A stretch of DNA of 64,000 nucleotides. It comes from Selaginella moellendorffii. Lineage: Eukaryota > Plantae > Lycopodiophyta. Shown piece by piece: positions 1 through 11,197 of this stretch. The notes beneath the pieces are model-generated. The model worked only from the letters and a program-made list of their open reading frames with translations, was not told the origin of the DNA and ran no database searches. Within the stretch, counting starts at the first letter, position 1. Every line of letters starts with the position of its first letter. The translations under genes were made by a program, and so were the position numbers. Location: NCBI RefSeq assembly GCF_000143415.4, contig NW_003314446.1, forward strand, positions 1-64,000, written 5' to 3'.

Positions 1-412
1 GAGGCAGTTACATGCCATTGGAGTTGCTATTGTAAATGGAGTTTCTTGTAATGAGATTGCATTTTTTCAACTTTTTATTACGTCACTAGCAACAGAAAGA
101 TTTTGGGAGAGTCATTAAGATCATAAGTACTTTTCTCTCTCTCTTTTTCATTTTTATTCTATTTTGTTTTGTTTCTTTGGATTCAAGGCAGAGTTGTTTC
201 AACAATATGGTGGTGTGATGCCTCTAGCAACATGTCTAAACCACAGTCAAGCAATCAACAAAGTAAGCTATTCTCCTTTTAATGGAAGTTTTGAAAGTTA
301 TTTTATGTTCTTTAGGTGGTGGCACAAGCTCTAGAGAATGCAAAAGTGAAAGAGTCAAAACTTGCAAGAGTAGCTATGACAATTGGTCCTGGCTTGAGTT
401 TATACTTGGATA
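1..412 (+). pseudogene. tRNA N6-threonylcarbamoyltransferase (TsaD/Kae1/GCP1-like) N-terminal exons, probably a degraded copy
   Basis: Exon 188-262 reads AELFQQYGGVMPLATCLNHSQAINK; a 53-nt GT-AG intron (263-315) follows; exon 316-412 reads VVAQALENAKVKESKLARVAMTIGPGLSLYLD (YGGV-P and T-GPGL motifs of the family). Upstream pieces (GVAIV; VTSNRKILGESLRS*) have a stop or damaged splice sites, and no downstream exons are recognisable. Confidence 0.75.
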
Positions 413-1573
413 GTAACATTCTTTGTGATCTTCCTAGGCTTATTGTCATGCCCAATGTTGGGAGTTTGCTTGGCATGTAGTTTCTCAGCCACTAGCACCA
501 GAGGAGGGGCATTCACAAGTCACATAATTCTTATTGTGGCAAATTTACATAGTTATTAGGATGGTAAAATTTTTACTTTCTTTACCAGGTGAATTCATAG
601 GTGTAGAGATTGGGACATTAAGTGCTAAGTGCTGGCCAGACTCTAATAATAGGTTCTATCTCTTGCTAATTGTGTTGCCATGGTGATGGAAATGCGGTAT
701 CAAAAGATTTTGGGTTATCTAGATGGCAATACATAATGCTTTTGCTAATCTAGCCAATGACAAGTTGTATTGATAGATTATATGTCTTTGGTTGCATCAC
801 TAGATCAAAATCCAAAATTGGCAGAGATTTGAATTCTGTTTAATGGGTTACCCTAAGAGAGTGAATATTTTTTATGTAAATAACTTTATTATAAATAAAA
901 TAATCAGCTTTACCTAAACTTATTAATTTTTTTAACATATTTTAGATCAAAATTAACTTTTATAATTTAATTTAACAGTATTTACAAATATAATTAAAAA
1001 ATTATATCTTGTACAAATGGCCTATCTAAAATATATAAAACCCAACACTAGGTGATGGTATATCAAATGTCGGTTGACTTAGTTTTATGAATGTGTAGGA
1101 CCATAATCAAAACTTCAAGTGTTAATACAGAAAAATTAAACAACTTTAACAATAATATTACATATTATATTTTATATGCAGCCTTAAAAAATATTACTGT
1201 TTAATTAAATACTGCATACATTATCTTAGTTTTTTTTTTATAATGAGCTAGATTGTAAATATTTTTCCTAACTGCAAATAAAGTTTACAAATAATTATTT
1301 TCTTGACTGGATCTGGGTAGAAATATATTAATGTTCCTAAATACTTATGGTTTTATATTCTAAGTAAAATGTATAATTAAGTAATATTTTGCAGTAATTA
1401 TTATCTTTTTCTTAATAAAATTTTGATATAAGTTTTTTCTAAGAAAAAATATAGTTTACATATAGCATATTGTTAATAATAAAAAAATTCATTTTTAATT
1501 TTTTTAAAAATATTTTTAAAAGAGGTTATTTTTAAAAAATTATCATATTTCCAAATAATAATTTTTATCTAAT

Positions 1574-1735
1574 TGTGAGTGCATGGAATGTGGAAAGGGA
1601 ATACAGAAATATGCATATCAATTAACCCAAAAACCCTAGCTTATATACAGGAGCGAGTGGTCTGGATTGAAACCAATCCAACGGCTACCAAAATCCCATT
1701 ACACTAATATTAGTATACGGCATCGTAGCCGTACA
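1574..1735 (-). repeat. ~162-bp 3' LTR of the short-LTR Gypsy family (TG...CA), preceded by a purine tract
   Basis: Minus strand reads TGTACGG...CTCACA with TATATAAG; purine-rich GAGAGGAGGGG...GAGGGG lies immediately upstream. Homologous LTRs occur at 51228-51377, ~52579-52680 and ~52980-53161. Confidence 0.75.
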
Positions 1736-4641
1736 CTTGACCCTCACATCATCCCCTCCTCTCGGAATAATGGAAGGCCGTCAGGGGTCTCTTGTAGATG
1801 GGCCGGGATCTGGAGGAACGTCAGGAGGAGGCATTGGCGAATCTATAGATGGTATTAATTGCTCCTGATCCCTTTATATGAAGCGTTTCAACCGTTGCAC
1901 ATGCATAATCTCTGGAGGATCGGCCTGCTGGACGTCATGCCGAACCTCATAAACTTGCAGTCCAACTTGCCGCAACACCCGATACGGTCTTTTCCACTAC
2001 GCAAGGAGCCCCTTAGATAAACCACATACCGTAAGATGGGGAAAACAGACTAACACCAAATCATCCATTTTGTACTCTACAGGTGGACGATGATGGGAGT
2101 TGTAGCACCATTGTTGTCCCACTTGTACGCGGCCTAAGTGTTCGGCAGACTCTGGTCGGACAAGTGGAAGAATGCTCGTCAAATATTGATCCCAGGACCT
2201 AGTATCGGGAGCTTGTGGCAATCGCGAAGGTAAACCTAGCTCCATTGATAATATTGGATCATGACTATATAGAAGTTTATATGGTGAAGCATTAACAGAA
2301 CTCTACACCCCTGTGACATAGGCATACCGAAGAGACGGCAAATAACCATCCCAATCCGAATGCTGAAAGTTCACATACTTCGCAATCATCCCCTTGAATG
2401 TCCGAACGAGCCATTCCACCTGACCGTCTGATTGTGGATGATAAGCACTCGTGAAAGTGTGGAGTATCCCCAACCGAGACGTCAAAACATGAAATGCCTC
2501 AGCCATAAATGCGGGACCATTATCCAAAAGAATTCGCTCTAGACAAGAATGCTGGAACACCACTTGATTGAGGAGGAAGTATCCAACAGTAGTTGCAGAG
2601 GTGCTAACAAGAGCACCAACTTCTACCCAACGAGTCAAGTAGTCAGAAGCAATAATAACATATTCATTGCCTGGAAAAGGTCCTATAAGATCAAATGCCA
2701 CCAACTCAAACGGACGGGAAACTACAATTGACTCCAACCGTCCTTCCGCAGCACAAGGGGGAGTATTATGAGCTTGGCACCAAACGCAGCTACGCACATA
2801 CCGGATAACATCACGTCCCATCTCCGGCCAATAGAAAGACCTACGCAGCTTTTAGGTCACACGACGATGTCCCATATGCCCACCTAGAATAGGAGAATCA
2901 TGGTAGGCATAGAGAAACCGCGGAATAAAGACAAAAGGCACCACCAGCCGTAAATGATCATCAGGATCCGTCCCCATAAAATAAAGAAGGCCATCTTCAA
3001 GGCGATATTGAGAATGTAAATGCTGGAAAGGCAAGTCATCAGCAAGTGATGCAAGATTTTCAAACGCATCTCGAAGCCTTCGAATCCACGGCTCAATCTT
3101 TTGAGCCTCGCGAACCTCATCAAGAGAAGGTAGATCTTTCTCTACACCTTGTGGACACTATGTCAAGTACAGCCACTACCGACGGCACAGAATCCTCATC
3201 TAGAAAATCCACAGATGCTGGAACAACAGGCTCAAAAGAAATATGAGAAGAGAGTGGAAAAGGAAGAGGAGCTCAAGAAAGGGCATTAGCATCAGCCATA
3301 GAACTCCCTGGGCAATGAACAACATCAAAATCATATATCTGAAGCTTCAAAGCCCACCGCGCAGTACGACCAACCAAGTTCTTCTGCTTCAATAATGAAG
3401 TAATGGCAGCATGGTTACCTTCAAGTAATGTCCGAGAACCATGTAGATATGCATGAAGTTTCTCGAAACCCCAAATTGCCACTAAACACTCCTTCTTTGT
3501 CGTGGAGTAATTCACCTCTGCTGGTTGTAACGTATGGCTTATATATGCAATGGGATGACGTTAACCAAGCACACTTGGGCTTTCTTGCATTAATACACCT
3601 CCAAGACCAATATTAAAAGCATCTACGCACAAAATAAAAGGTTGAGTGTAGTCAGGATATGCCAAAACCGGAGGAGTCGTCAACATCTCTTTGAGATCCA
3701 CAAATGCCCGCTCACAATCAGAAGACCAGATGAAAGATGACGTTGATGACTTCAGCAACGCTCGCAACGGTGCAGTGTGATCAGAAAGATGATCCACAAA
3801 ACGACCAAGATACTACACTTTACCCAGGAAGCGCTGCACATCATTCACACACTTCGGAGTAGGGAACTTTAAAACGGCTACAAGTTTGTCAAGATCAACT
3901 TGCAAACCCTCACGAGAAATACAGTACCCAAGATAAATTGTGTCCTTGGACCCAAACACGCACTTCGATCGCTTCAGCTTTAAACCAACATCCCGTAGCT
4001 GATCCAACACGAATGTGCTCCTTCCACGTCCCCTCCGAGTGAATCAAGACATCATCAATGAAGTCAGTAGTGACCTCTGGCATATCACAAAGAACCTCAT
4101 CCATCATCTGCTGGAAAGTTGCTGGAGCATTGTTTAAACCAAACCGCATCACCAAGAACTCGTACAAACCAAACAGTGTACGAAAAGCAGTCTTAGGAAT
4201 ATCTTCTTTGGCCATCGGTACTTGCCAGTACCGAGAAGCAAGATTTAGCTTGGTGAACTAACGACTTTGCCCCAGACGATCCAAGAGATCAGCAGTGTGA
4301 GGAAGAAGGTACACATCCGGGATCGTCACGTCATTTAAGGGACGATAGTCAATGCAGAAATGAATACTCCCATCAGACTTTGTCACAAAATGAGGTTCGC
4401 ATGCCCAAGGACTCCATGACTTCCAAATAACACCCTTCTCCAACATCTCTTTGACGTTTGCACGTAAAATCTTGATCTCCTTGGGTGACCGACGACGAAC
4501 AAGTACCTTGATTGGACGAGTATTCCCGGTTGGAATCGGATAACGTGTGGCAATCTTGGCCCCAAATGATAGGTCAAATTCAAAGAGATCAGAATACTCT
4601 TTCATTAGTTTATTGAATAAGATAACACCCCCAACAAACAT
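1574..4641 (-). mobile_element. Degenerate, 5'-truncated Ty3/Gypsy LTR retrotransposon (RT, RNase H, integrase, short 3' LTR)
   Basis: Minus-strand fragments: FCIDYRPLND, KTAFRT..GLYEFLVMRFGLNNAPATFQ..FIDDVLIHS (RT); ILCVDAFNIGLGGVL, NYSTTKKECL, ADANALS (RNase H); YHDSPILGGHMG, CVWCQ, DLIGPFP, DNGPAF, YHPQSDGQVE (IN). Many stops and frameshifts. Confidence 0.92.
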
Positions 4642-4742
4642 ATTCGGTTACGATATTTATTCAAAGATTTAGTAGGACAAAAATAATGATTTTAGAATAT
4701 GAGATAAATAGGGTTTGATGTAGCACAAACAATAGAGAGGCA

Positions 4743-5795
4743 ATGTTTCCAGTGGATCTCGAGGATAGGATTCCAGCGTTATTGCATGTGAAGGCTTTGC
4801 TGCGTGCAAGATCTGTGTGCCACAGGTGGAGAGCAGTGATTGACAGTAAGGAACTTGCCAAAGCCAGTCTAGAGATTTCCAAGCAGCATCCTCTAGTCCT
4901 TGAATACACAAAAGATCGGCTACGGCACCACTGCTTGTCCTTAAGGATCTACAATCCTTTCAGTAACGACGATGCAACTGTTTTGCCACTGCCAGATCCG
5001 GATTTGCTCCTCTACTGGCAGCCCGTTGCCTCTGCCGGTGGCCTGCTTTGTTTCTCCCACCGCTTTCTTGCTGGTGCAAACAGAGGGAAGTTTGCGGTGT
5101 GGAATCCCCTCAAGCGGAGCTCATTTGTGGTGCTGCCAGGTAAATCACTCATTCAGAGATTCAAAGCAAAGATGGAAGTCTCAGCTGACGACCTCTCCTA
5201 CACGATCTACTCGCCAACAGAAAAGGGCATTGACGTGTTTAACTCGTTGTTCTGGTCGTGGCGGCGTCGTCGGGAGTATGTGCCGCCACGCGGGTGGGCC
5301 TTGTGGACAAGGTCATACCCATACACGTGGCTACTGGAGGGCAACACTGCCTACCTGGTCGGTGTGAAGAATGGCGGTCAACAGTTTGGTGTGATAGGCT
5401 ATGACTTGGGATCAAACCGGTGTTGGATCGAGCATGAGTGGAGTGCTGCTCCTGAGGCTGATAGAATGGAGTCACTCCAGGCCATTGTACGGCGTGACAA
5501 TGGTGATATGATTGTCTTTCTTTGGGATACAGGGTTTGTTTCAAGGCCTGGTAGTTTGGAGAGGGTGCACAATTTCAATTATCCTAGAGAATTCTTGTGT
5601 CCAAGGGAACAGATAACAGTTTTTACTGGGATACAACACAAGTCCCTCTACTTGTGTACAGCTTATTACAGCTTTAGGAACGTAATATTTGATTATAGGA
5701 ACAAAGAGTGGATAGAATCGGTCAGGCAAGTCAGAGAATTAGAGTCACGTCCCAAGGAGCGTTTTGTTTTACCTTTTGCTGCCACTTTGCTTTGA
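4743..5795 (+). CDS. F-box protein with C-terminal kelch/FBA-like region (350 aa, intronless)
   Basis: N-terminal F-box FPVDLEDRIPALLHVKALLRARSVCHRWRAVI; later VASAGGLLCF...FAVWNPL, typical of plant F-box/kelch proteins; uninterrupted ORF. Confidence 0.88.
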   Translation: MFPVDLEDRIPALLHVKALLRARSVCHRWRAVIDSKELAKASLEISKQHPLVLEYTKDRLRHHCLSLRIYNPFSNDDATVLPLPDPDLLLYWQPVASAGGLLCFSHRFLAGANRGKFAVWNPLKRSSFVVLPGKSLIQRFKAKMEVSADDLSYTIYSPTEKGIDVFNSLFWSWRRRREYVPPRGWALWTRSYPYTWLLEGNTAYLVGVKNGGQQFGVIGYDLGSNRCWIEHEWSAAPEADRMESLQAIVRRDNGDMIVFLWDTGFVSRPGSLERVHNFNYPREFLCPREQITVFTGIQHKSLYLCTAYYSFRNVIFDYRNKEWIESVRQVRELESRPKERFVLPFAATLL

Positions 5796-5929
5796 TGTTC
5801 TTTTTTATTTTTAAGAAAGTTTGTAGAGACTGCGAGAATTTAATAGCTTTTCAAGTGGTGTTCGTTCGAAAACCTGACGCAAAACTTATTTTTGAGAAAG
5901 CTCTACCTGCTGGGAACTGCAAATTTAGA

Positions 5930-6036
5930 GTTCTTGGAATATGCTGAGAGCATTGTAGAAAAATCAAACAAACGTTTTTGCCTCCTCAAGATGCCCGCAT
6001 TGGGCATGTGCCAAAAGCATCACGCTCCAGGATATC
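5930..6036 (-). pseudogene. PPR (PLS-class) motif fragment
   Basis: ISWSVMLLAHAQCGHLEEAK (frameshift) RLFD, then TMLSAYSKN, i.e. short PPR motifs. Confidence 0.7.
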
Positions 6037-6314
6037 TGGGGCAGCTCTCTTCACAATCACCATCACCACTAGAATGGCTGCTTCCACTCAGAATCGATCT
6101 CTCTCCGCATCGAGCCCTAAGGGGAAAGGGGAGAAAGCGGGAAAGCATGGTTTAAAAAACCGTCCAATGGTACTGCTTCATCACACAAGGATCTCGTCTC
6201 CAGGTGCCGCCAAAGTTCTTAAGAAATGAATCGACTCTTTGGAATTCCAGGACAACTTCCAGGCTTGTGCCCAACGCGCTGGAGCTGGGAGAAGAGGCTG
6301 GGAAGGTGCAGTGA

Positions 6315-6690
6315 GCTCACTGCGAATCTCCTCGATCCTGGGATGCTCGTTATCGCCCGCTATAAACCTGTGCACCCGGTTGTCCACCTCGATCAAACTC
6401 TGCCAACCGGGATTTCTATCTTGAACTTGTCCCTCATCCGCTTCCTCGGCCTCCATGCCCGCAGCAGCATAGGAGCACGAAGAAGTGATGCTATCTGGAT
6501 CGAGCTCCGAGTATCTATCTATCCACAGCTCCCTCGGCTCGAGAGCACAATCCGACCGCTGAGAGTCGACAGCTCCCTCAAGCCCGTCATGTTCGTGAGC
6601 ACGAGAGCGCCTGCCTATGAAAATACCGAAGTTAGCCACCATGTGCGTCAAGGTGTCATAGATGAAGTAGGTTGGCAGCTTGCGGGGAGT
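6315..6690 (-). pseudogene. PPR E/E+ domain fragment (RNA-editing factor type), no DYW seen
   Basis: ELDPD...YAAAG...PGWQSLIEVDNRVHRFIAGDNEHPRIEEIRSEL matches the PG box and E+ consensus. Confidence 0.8.
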
Positions 6691-7197
6691 TTCTTGGTCG
6701 CTATCACACACAGGTAGAATTGTGCTTTGTTGATAATGGCCATAGTCATCACAGCCGACTTATAAAGAAAGAACAGCTTGATTCTCAAAACGAAAAGCTT
6801 GCCAGCTGTAGCACTAAACTAAACATTCAACCTCGGATGACTGCCTGTGGGAAGTAGCGTCCAAAGCGTTTTATCTTGCGCAGCCTGGACAGGCACAGGG
6901 AGATGACGCCCCGGTTGAGGGTCCTGTACTTGTGGCAATGTCCCAGCACTGTCTGGTACTGCAAGAGGTCCACCAGTGCTACAACGAGCTGGTGCTACTC
7001 CAGCTCCACCACCACGAGAGAGTAATCTGTCACCATGCATTTCTGCAAAACCAACGAGGAGCATAACTATAGATGCATAGAACAAGCCTGTAACATCGAT
7101 CACTGACCTTGAGGAACCGGACCTCAGCGCCGAAAAGAACCTCTCGTGGCTGCATGCCAACAGCAGGAAGTTCTTATGCACCTCAGCATCACCATAC

Positions 7198-7469
7198 CCC
7201 TTGATATCATAGCGTGCAAGCTCGTGCAGCCCAGGCATGGCGTTTGCCAACTCCATGGCAATGACGTAGTACATGCCACCTCGAGTCTGATGGATGACAA
7301 AGCCCGCAAGCATCTTCGAGAGCAGTGGCACCTTGGCCTGAGACACGTACTCGAGATACGCTGCTCCCATCTGGCCCAGGCTGCAGATATCGTAGTTGGC
7401 CACCGTCTTGAGAATGATTTTACCATTCGAGCTTTGGCTCCACTCTGCACCGATTTTTCCTGCCAGCAT
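7198..7469 (-). pseudogene. Divergent phosphatidylinositol-phosphate kinase (PIP5K/FAB1-like) domain fragment
   Basis: GKIGAEWSQSSNGKIILKTV...YLEYV...LLSKMLAGF...IAME...RYDIKG resembles the GKSGS-F..S.D..IIKT, LL.K.LG and YDLKG motifs of PIP kinases; truncated after YDIKG. Confidence 0.7.
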
Positions 7470-7475
7470 TTTGCA

Positions 7476-10475
7476 TGTGGTAGATGATAGAGAAACCAAG
7501 ACAGAAAATAATGCTTGAGTATTGATGGTGAACTCCCTCTTGGGATATATACATAAAATTTTCTTTGGTTGCACCTCAATCACATACTATGATCTTTTGT
7601 TATTTGATCCAACACTCCCCCTCAGTCTGACCTTTATTACCAAATTGTTATTCCCCTTGTGAAACCAGTTCAAGTGCTGTCTTAAGTGCTCAAACTGGCG
7701 GACTTCAAAAGTTGTCTTTGTAAGCAGATCTGTGGTCATGGTTGCTGTGGAAATGTACTTCAGCTTCACTTCCTCTCTTTCAAAATAGTGGAACATTTTG
7801 AAGTGTTTGTTCCTCTCATGGCATTGTAGGTGTGCTGTGTTGACGTTATAAACGTTCAACAATGCTTATATTTCGAAGCTAATATCCCGAAACAAATGTT
7901 TGATCCATAAAGTCTCTTTGAATGCTTCTATAACTGTGTTGTACTTGGCTTCATAGGTTGATAATGCAACCATTCTCTTTTTTTTGTCTATGCTAACAAA
8001 AAATTGCGTTAAATTTTTTGAAAACATACCCAAATGTTAATCACCGATCATCAAGATCTCCAGCAAGATTAGCATCCACCATCCCATATGATACTAGTGC
8101 TCTTGAACCAATATCTCCTTTGATCATCCCTTTGAATTTGAGATGTAGGGATGAAGTTTGGCATATGTAGTTGATGATTTGCTCCACTACATACCAATGC
8201 TTTTTGCCAGGATTCTGCATAAACTGACACACTCTAGAAACTACTGCAATGATATTTGGTCTACTCGCCATGGCCAAATACATCAATGCTCTAACCACAT
8301 TTTGATAAGGAACCTTGGCCATTTCCTTGTTCTCCCCCTTGGAAAGTGGTTGATTTGGCTTGGAAATCTTGTGATATTGTAGTGCTGGAGTTGGAACTGA
8401 AATAATGGTTTTAAGTTGGCTGGATAGGTGTTCTTAAGCTGTGGTCAAAATGGTTTCCATTAGATTTGTTCTTGCCATAGCTAATCACTTGGATATTGAG
8501 ATTGAGGAGATGGATGTTGAGAACACATTCCTCAGCCACGAATTGGAGCAGCCAGTGTATATGCAACAGCCTCTTGGTTTAAGGTTCAAGGAAAAGAACA
8601 CTTCTCAAACTTCATCGCCCTATGTATCTTAAACAGTCATGGTACAGTAAATAATTTTTTTCTGATGCTTGGCTTTTTGTGTGCAGAAGCAAATTGGAAC
8701 TTATACTGTTGTGTTAGAGAAGGCATAATCTCATCATGGCTGGAAAGACACTAAATCTTTAAAGGGTGAGAAGATCTCACTATAATTAATCCCGTCCTAT
8801 TGCATGTGTCCTTTCGCTATTAACCTTACCTTGTATCAATTAATCTCACCTGTCTACTTGTACTTCAGTTTATGTACCCACTTATAGTTTATGATGGATG
8901 CCTCATTCAATACCTCCTACAGTGAAAGGAGAGTCTATGAGTTGTTTTCCAGCTGAGCATGATATTCATTTTGCATCTCTGCCTGCCACTGAGAACATTG
9001 TCTCATCTAAGGTTGTTGGTTCATGAATTACTTATGCAATTTGAGCATGGTATCATAGGATGTCCTTGGTTTCCAAGATCTGAGATATCATCTTGGAGCC
9101 GGATTATCAGTTGGATCATCTGCAGGTTCATCATGATGTGGTGATTCAATATCACCCTCTGGATCTATATTCCCAACATCTGATTCATTACAACCTTGAA
9201 TAAAAGTACCATGTTCACCATCGGAGACAGAACAGTCTCCTTGTGATGATGGTAGTGTCCTTTCCTTGGATGGCGAAGGTAATTCCAATGGTAGCAGAGG
9301 AGGTAGATCCAAAGGTAATGATGGTGGCGTCTCTACTGGAAGCAGTGGAAAAGTTTCAGATGATGATTCATGTTCATTGAAAGTTTCATTTCCAAAGGTT
9401 AGATCCAGATGAAGAAAGTACTTGGGATCCTGTTTGTGGCTGATTGAAGAGGTAGAATATCTAGGAATGCTTTCATGAAAGAATAGTTCAAAAAATCCAA
9501 ACACAATAGCCATCTTTCGTGTTTTCACTGTAGCCTAGCATCATACACCTTGTTGAGCAATCCTCCCATTTGCTCCACTGTTCCTTCTGAGACATATGAA
9601 AAACCTACACATCCAAAAACATGTAAATATGAAAGAGAAGTATCCACATCTCATATGGTGTCTTGTTTGTTACTGTCTTTGTAGGAAGAATGTGAACTGC
9701 AATGTTTATGGCTTCAGCCCAAAAGAATGTAAGAACATTTGAGGCTTTTAGCATCGCTCTAGCTGCATTGAGGATTGTCAGCATTCTCTGCTCCACAACC
9801 CCGTTTTGGATGGCATAGAGATTTGAAGGGAAATGCCGCGTGATGAAAGGATCATCTATAATTCTTTAGAAAGATGTTCCCATCCCCCATTAACTCATAA
9901 CATGTGTAACAACACCCCGAGCTTAGTTTCAGATTGACAAATCCACTCAGTTTTAGAAATTAAACATGAGGCTTCTTTTTGATTTTGGCTTGAAGGCACA
10001 CTTTGCATGTGTCAGGGCTTGCCTCCTTCAGATCCAATATTCCAGAAGTCAATGTTAGAGTCTCTTTGATATGTTGAAAACTTGTATGTCCCAGTTGGCT
10101 ATGCCATAGCTATAACAACGAATGATCAGAAACAGAAACAGAATTCACACTTAAACTTTCTAAAGTTAGAAAATAAAGGCCATTCAAGGCCATTGCCTCA
10201 GCGAGGTGCGTATGTTAAAGGATAAAATCTGCTGTAGACTGATGAAAATATGTGTACATTCCTTGCTCTGCTAGTTTGGAGCTAGTTTTAGCACATATAA
10301 ATGTTAGAGACCTCAAGCTGGAACAAGAAAAGTAAACAGTGTTAAATGCAATAATTTGTAGACTCTCACCACTTGTTGTGCTAATAGCCACACCAATTTT
10401 TTTTTAAGTTATCTGTCAGAAGAAAGCTTTCTCCAAATTTATATGATGCGTTGCTCCGCTATCCAACAGCTAGTT
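7476..10475 (-). mobile_element. Degenerate Ty1/Copia retrotransposon (protease, IN, RT, RNase H, PPT, short 3' LTR ~7476-7614), with an internal inversion
   Basis: LLDSGATHHI (~10440-10470); ARAMLKAS...FFWAEAINIAVHI...KTPYEMW (IN); YKVRLIAKG, MDVENTFL, VPYQNVVRALMYL (RT); HERNKHF..DLLTK (RNase H); PPT GAGGGGGAG followed by TG at 7614. Confidence 0.9.
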
Positions 10476-10681
10476 CATGGATGGCCTCGACTTCGTATTC
10501 CTCTTCCCCTTGGATAACCTCAGGTAAATGTCTTACTTGGTCCTTGCGAAGCGGGTCCTCAAAATACGGCTTGAGTAAGTTCACGTGGAACACGGGATGC
10601 ATCTTCCCCATCTCTCGAGGAAGTCGGAGACGGTAAGCCACTTTACCGATTCGAGCCTCAATCTTGTAAGGCCCCGTGAAC

Positions 10682-10733
10682 CTGCTTAAGGAACTCCAGA
10701 TCAATTCATTTACAGGAATACATGCATTTTTAC
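10682..10733 (-). other. Putative 52-nt spliceosomal intron in integrase, before the GPY/F motif
   Basis: CAAAG|GTAAAAATGCATG...CCTTAAGCAG|GTTCACG; removal gives RKLTQRFTGPYKI in frame. Confidence 0.78.
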
Positions 10734-11151
10734 CTTTGGGTCAACTTCCGACTGATCCCACTTGGTAGCCTGATGTTCTTGGTGTTCAGCCACACCTTCT
10801 CCCCAGCTTGGAACTCTACGTCCCGGCGCTTTTGGTTCGCGTACTTGGTTTGCCTTTGTTGCACCCGTTCCAAGGAATCCCTCACTAGATTCCAAATGTT
10901 GAGTCTTTCTGCCGTGAATGCCTCCACTGCGGGTAGCTCTCCATGATACTCGGCCATGCCGAGTTCCATAGGACCTTCAATAGCTCGCCCATTGATGACT
11001 TCCCATGGACTCACCCCGATGCTCGAATGTGGTGAGTTGTTATAACACATTTCCGCAAGTCTCAAATGACTTACCCAATCGGTCTGGTCTCTTGAGACAT
11101 AGCATCGCAAATAATCCTCCAGCTGCCTATTCACCCTTTCTGTTTGTCCGT

Positions 11152-11197
11152 CTGTCAAGAAGTGTTAGTGCCATCAACTTGACTTAATACTCCATAC
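11152..11197 (-). other. Putative 46-nt spliceosomal intron in the integrase catalytic core
   Basis: ACAG|GTATGG...CACTAAC.ACTTCTTGACAG|AC; CTAAC branch-point motif; removal gives YHPQTDGQTERVN. Confidence 0.82.

Noticed and set aside
610-725. Kinase-like words (DIKC, DFGLSR); similar traces at ~62810-62950 on the minus strand (TKEIVALK)
   Set aside because: Too short and disrupted to support a call without a search.
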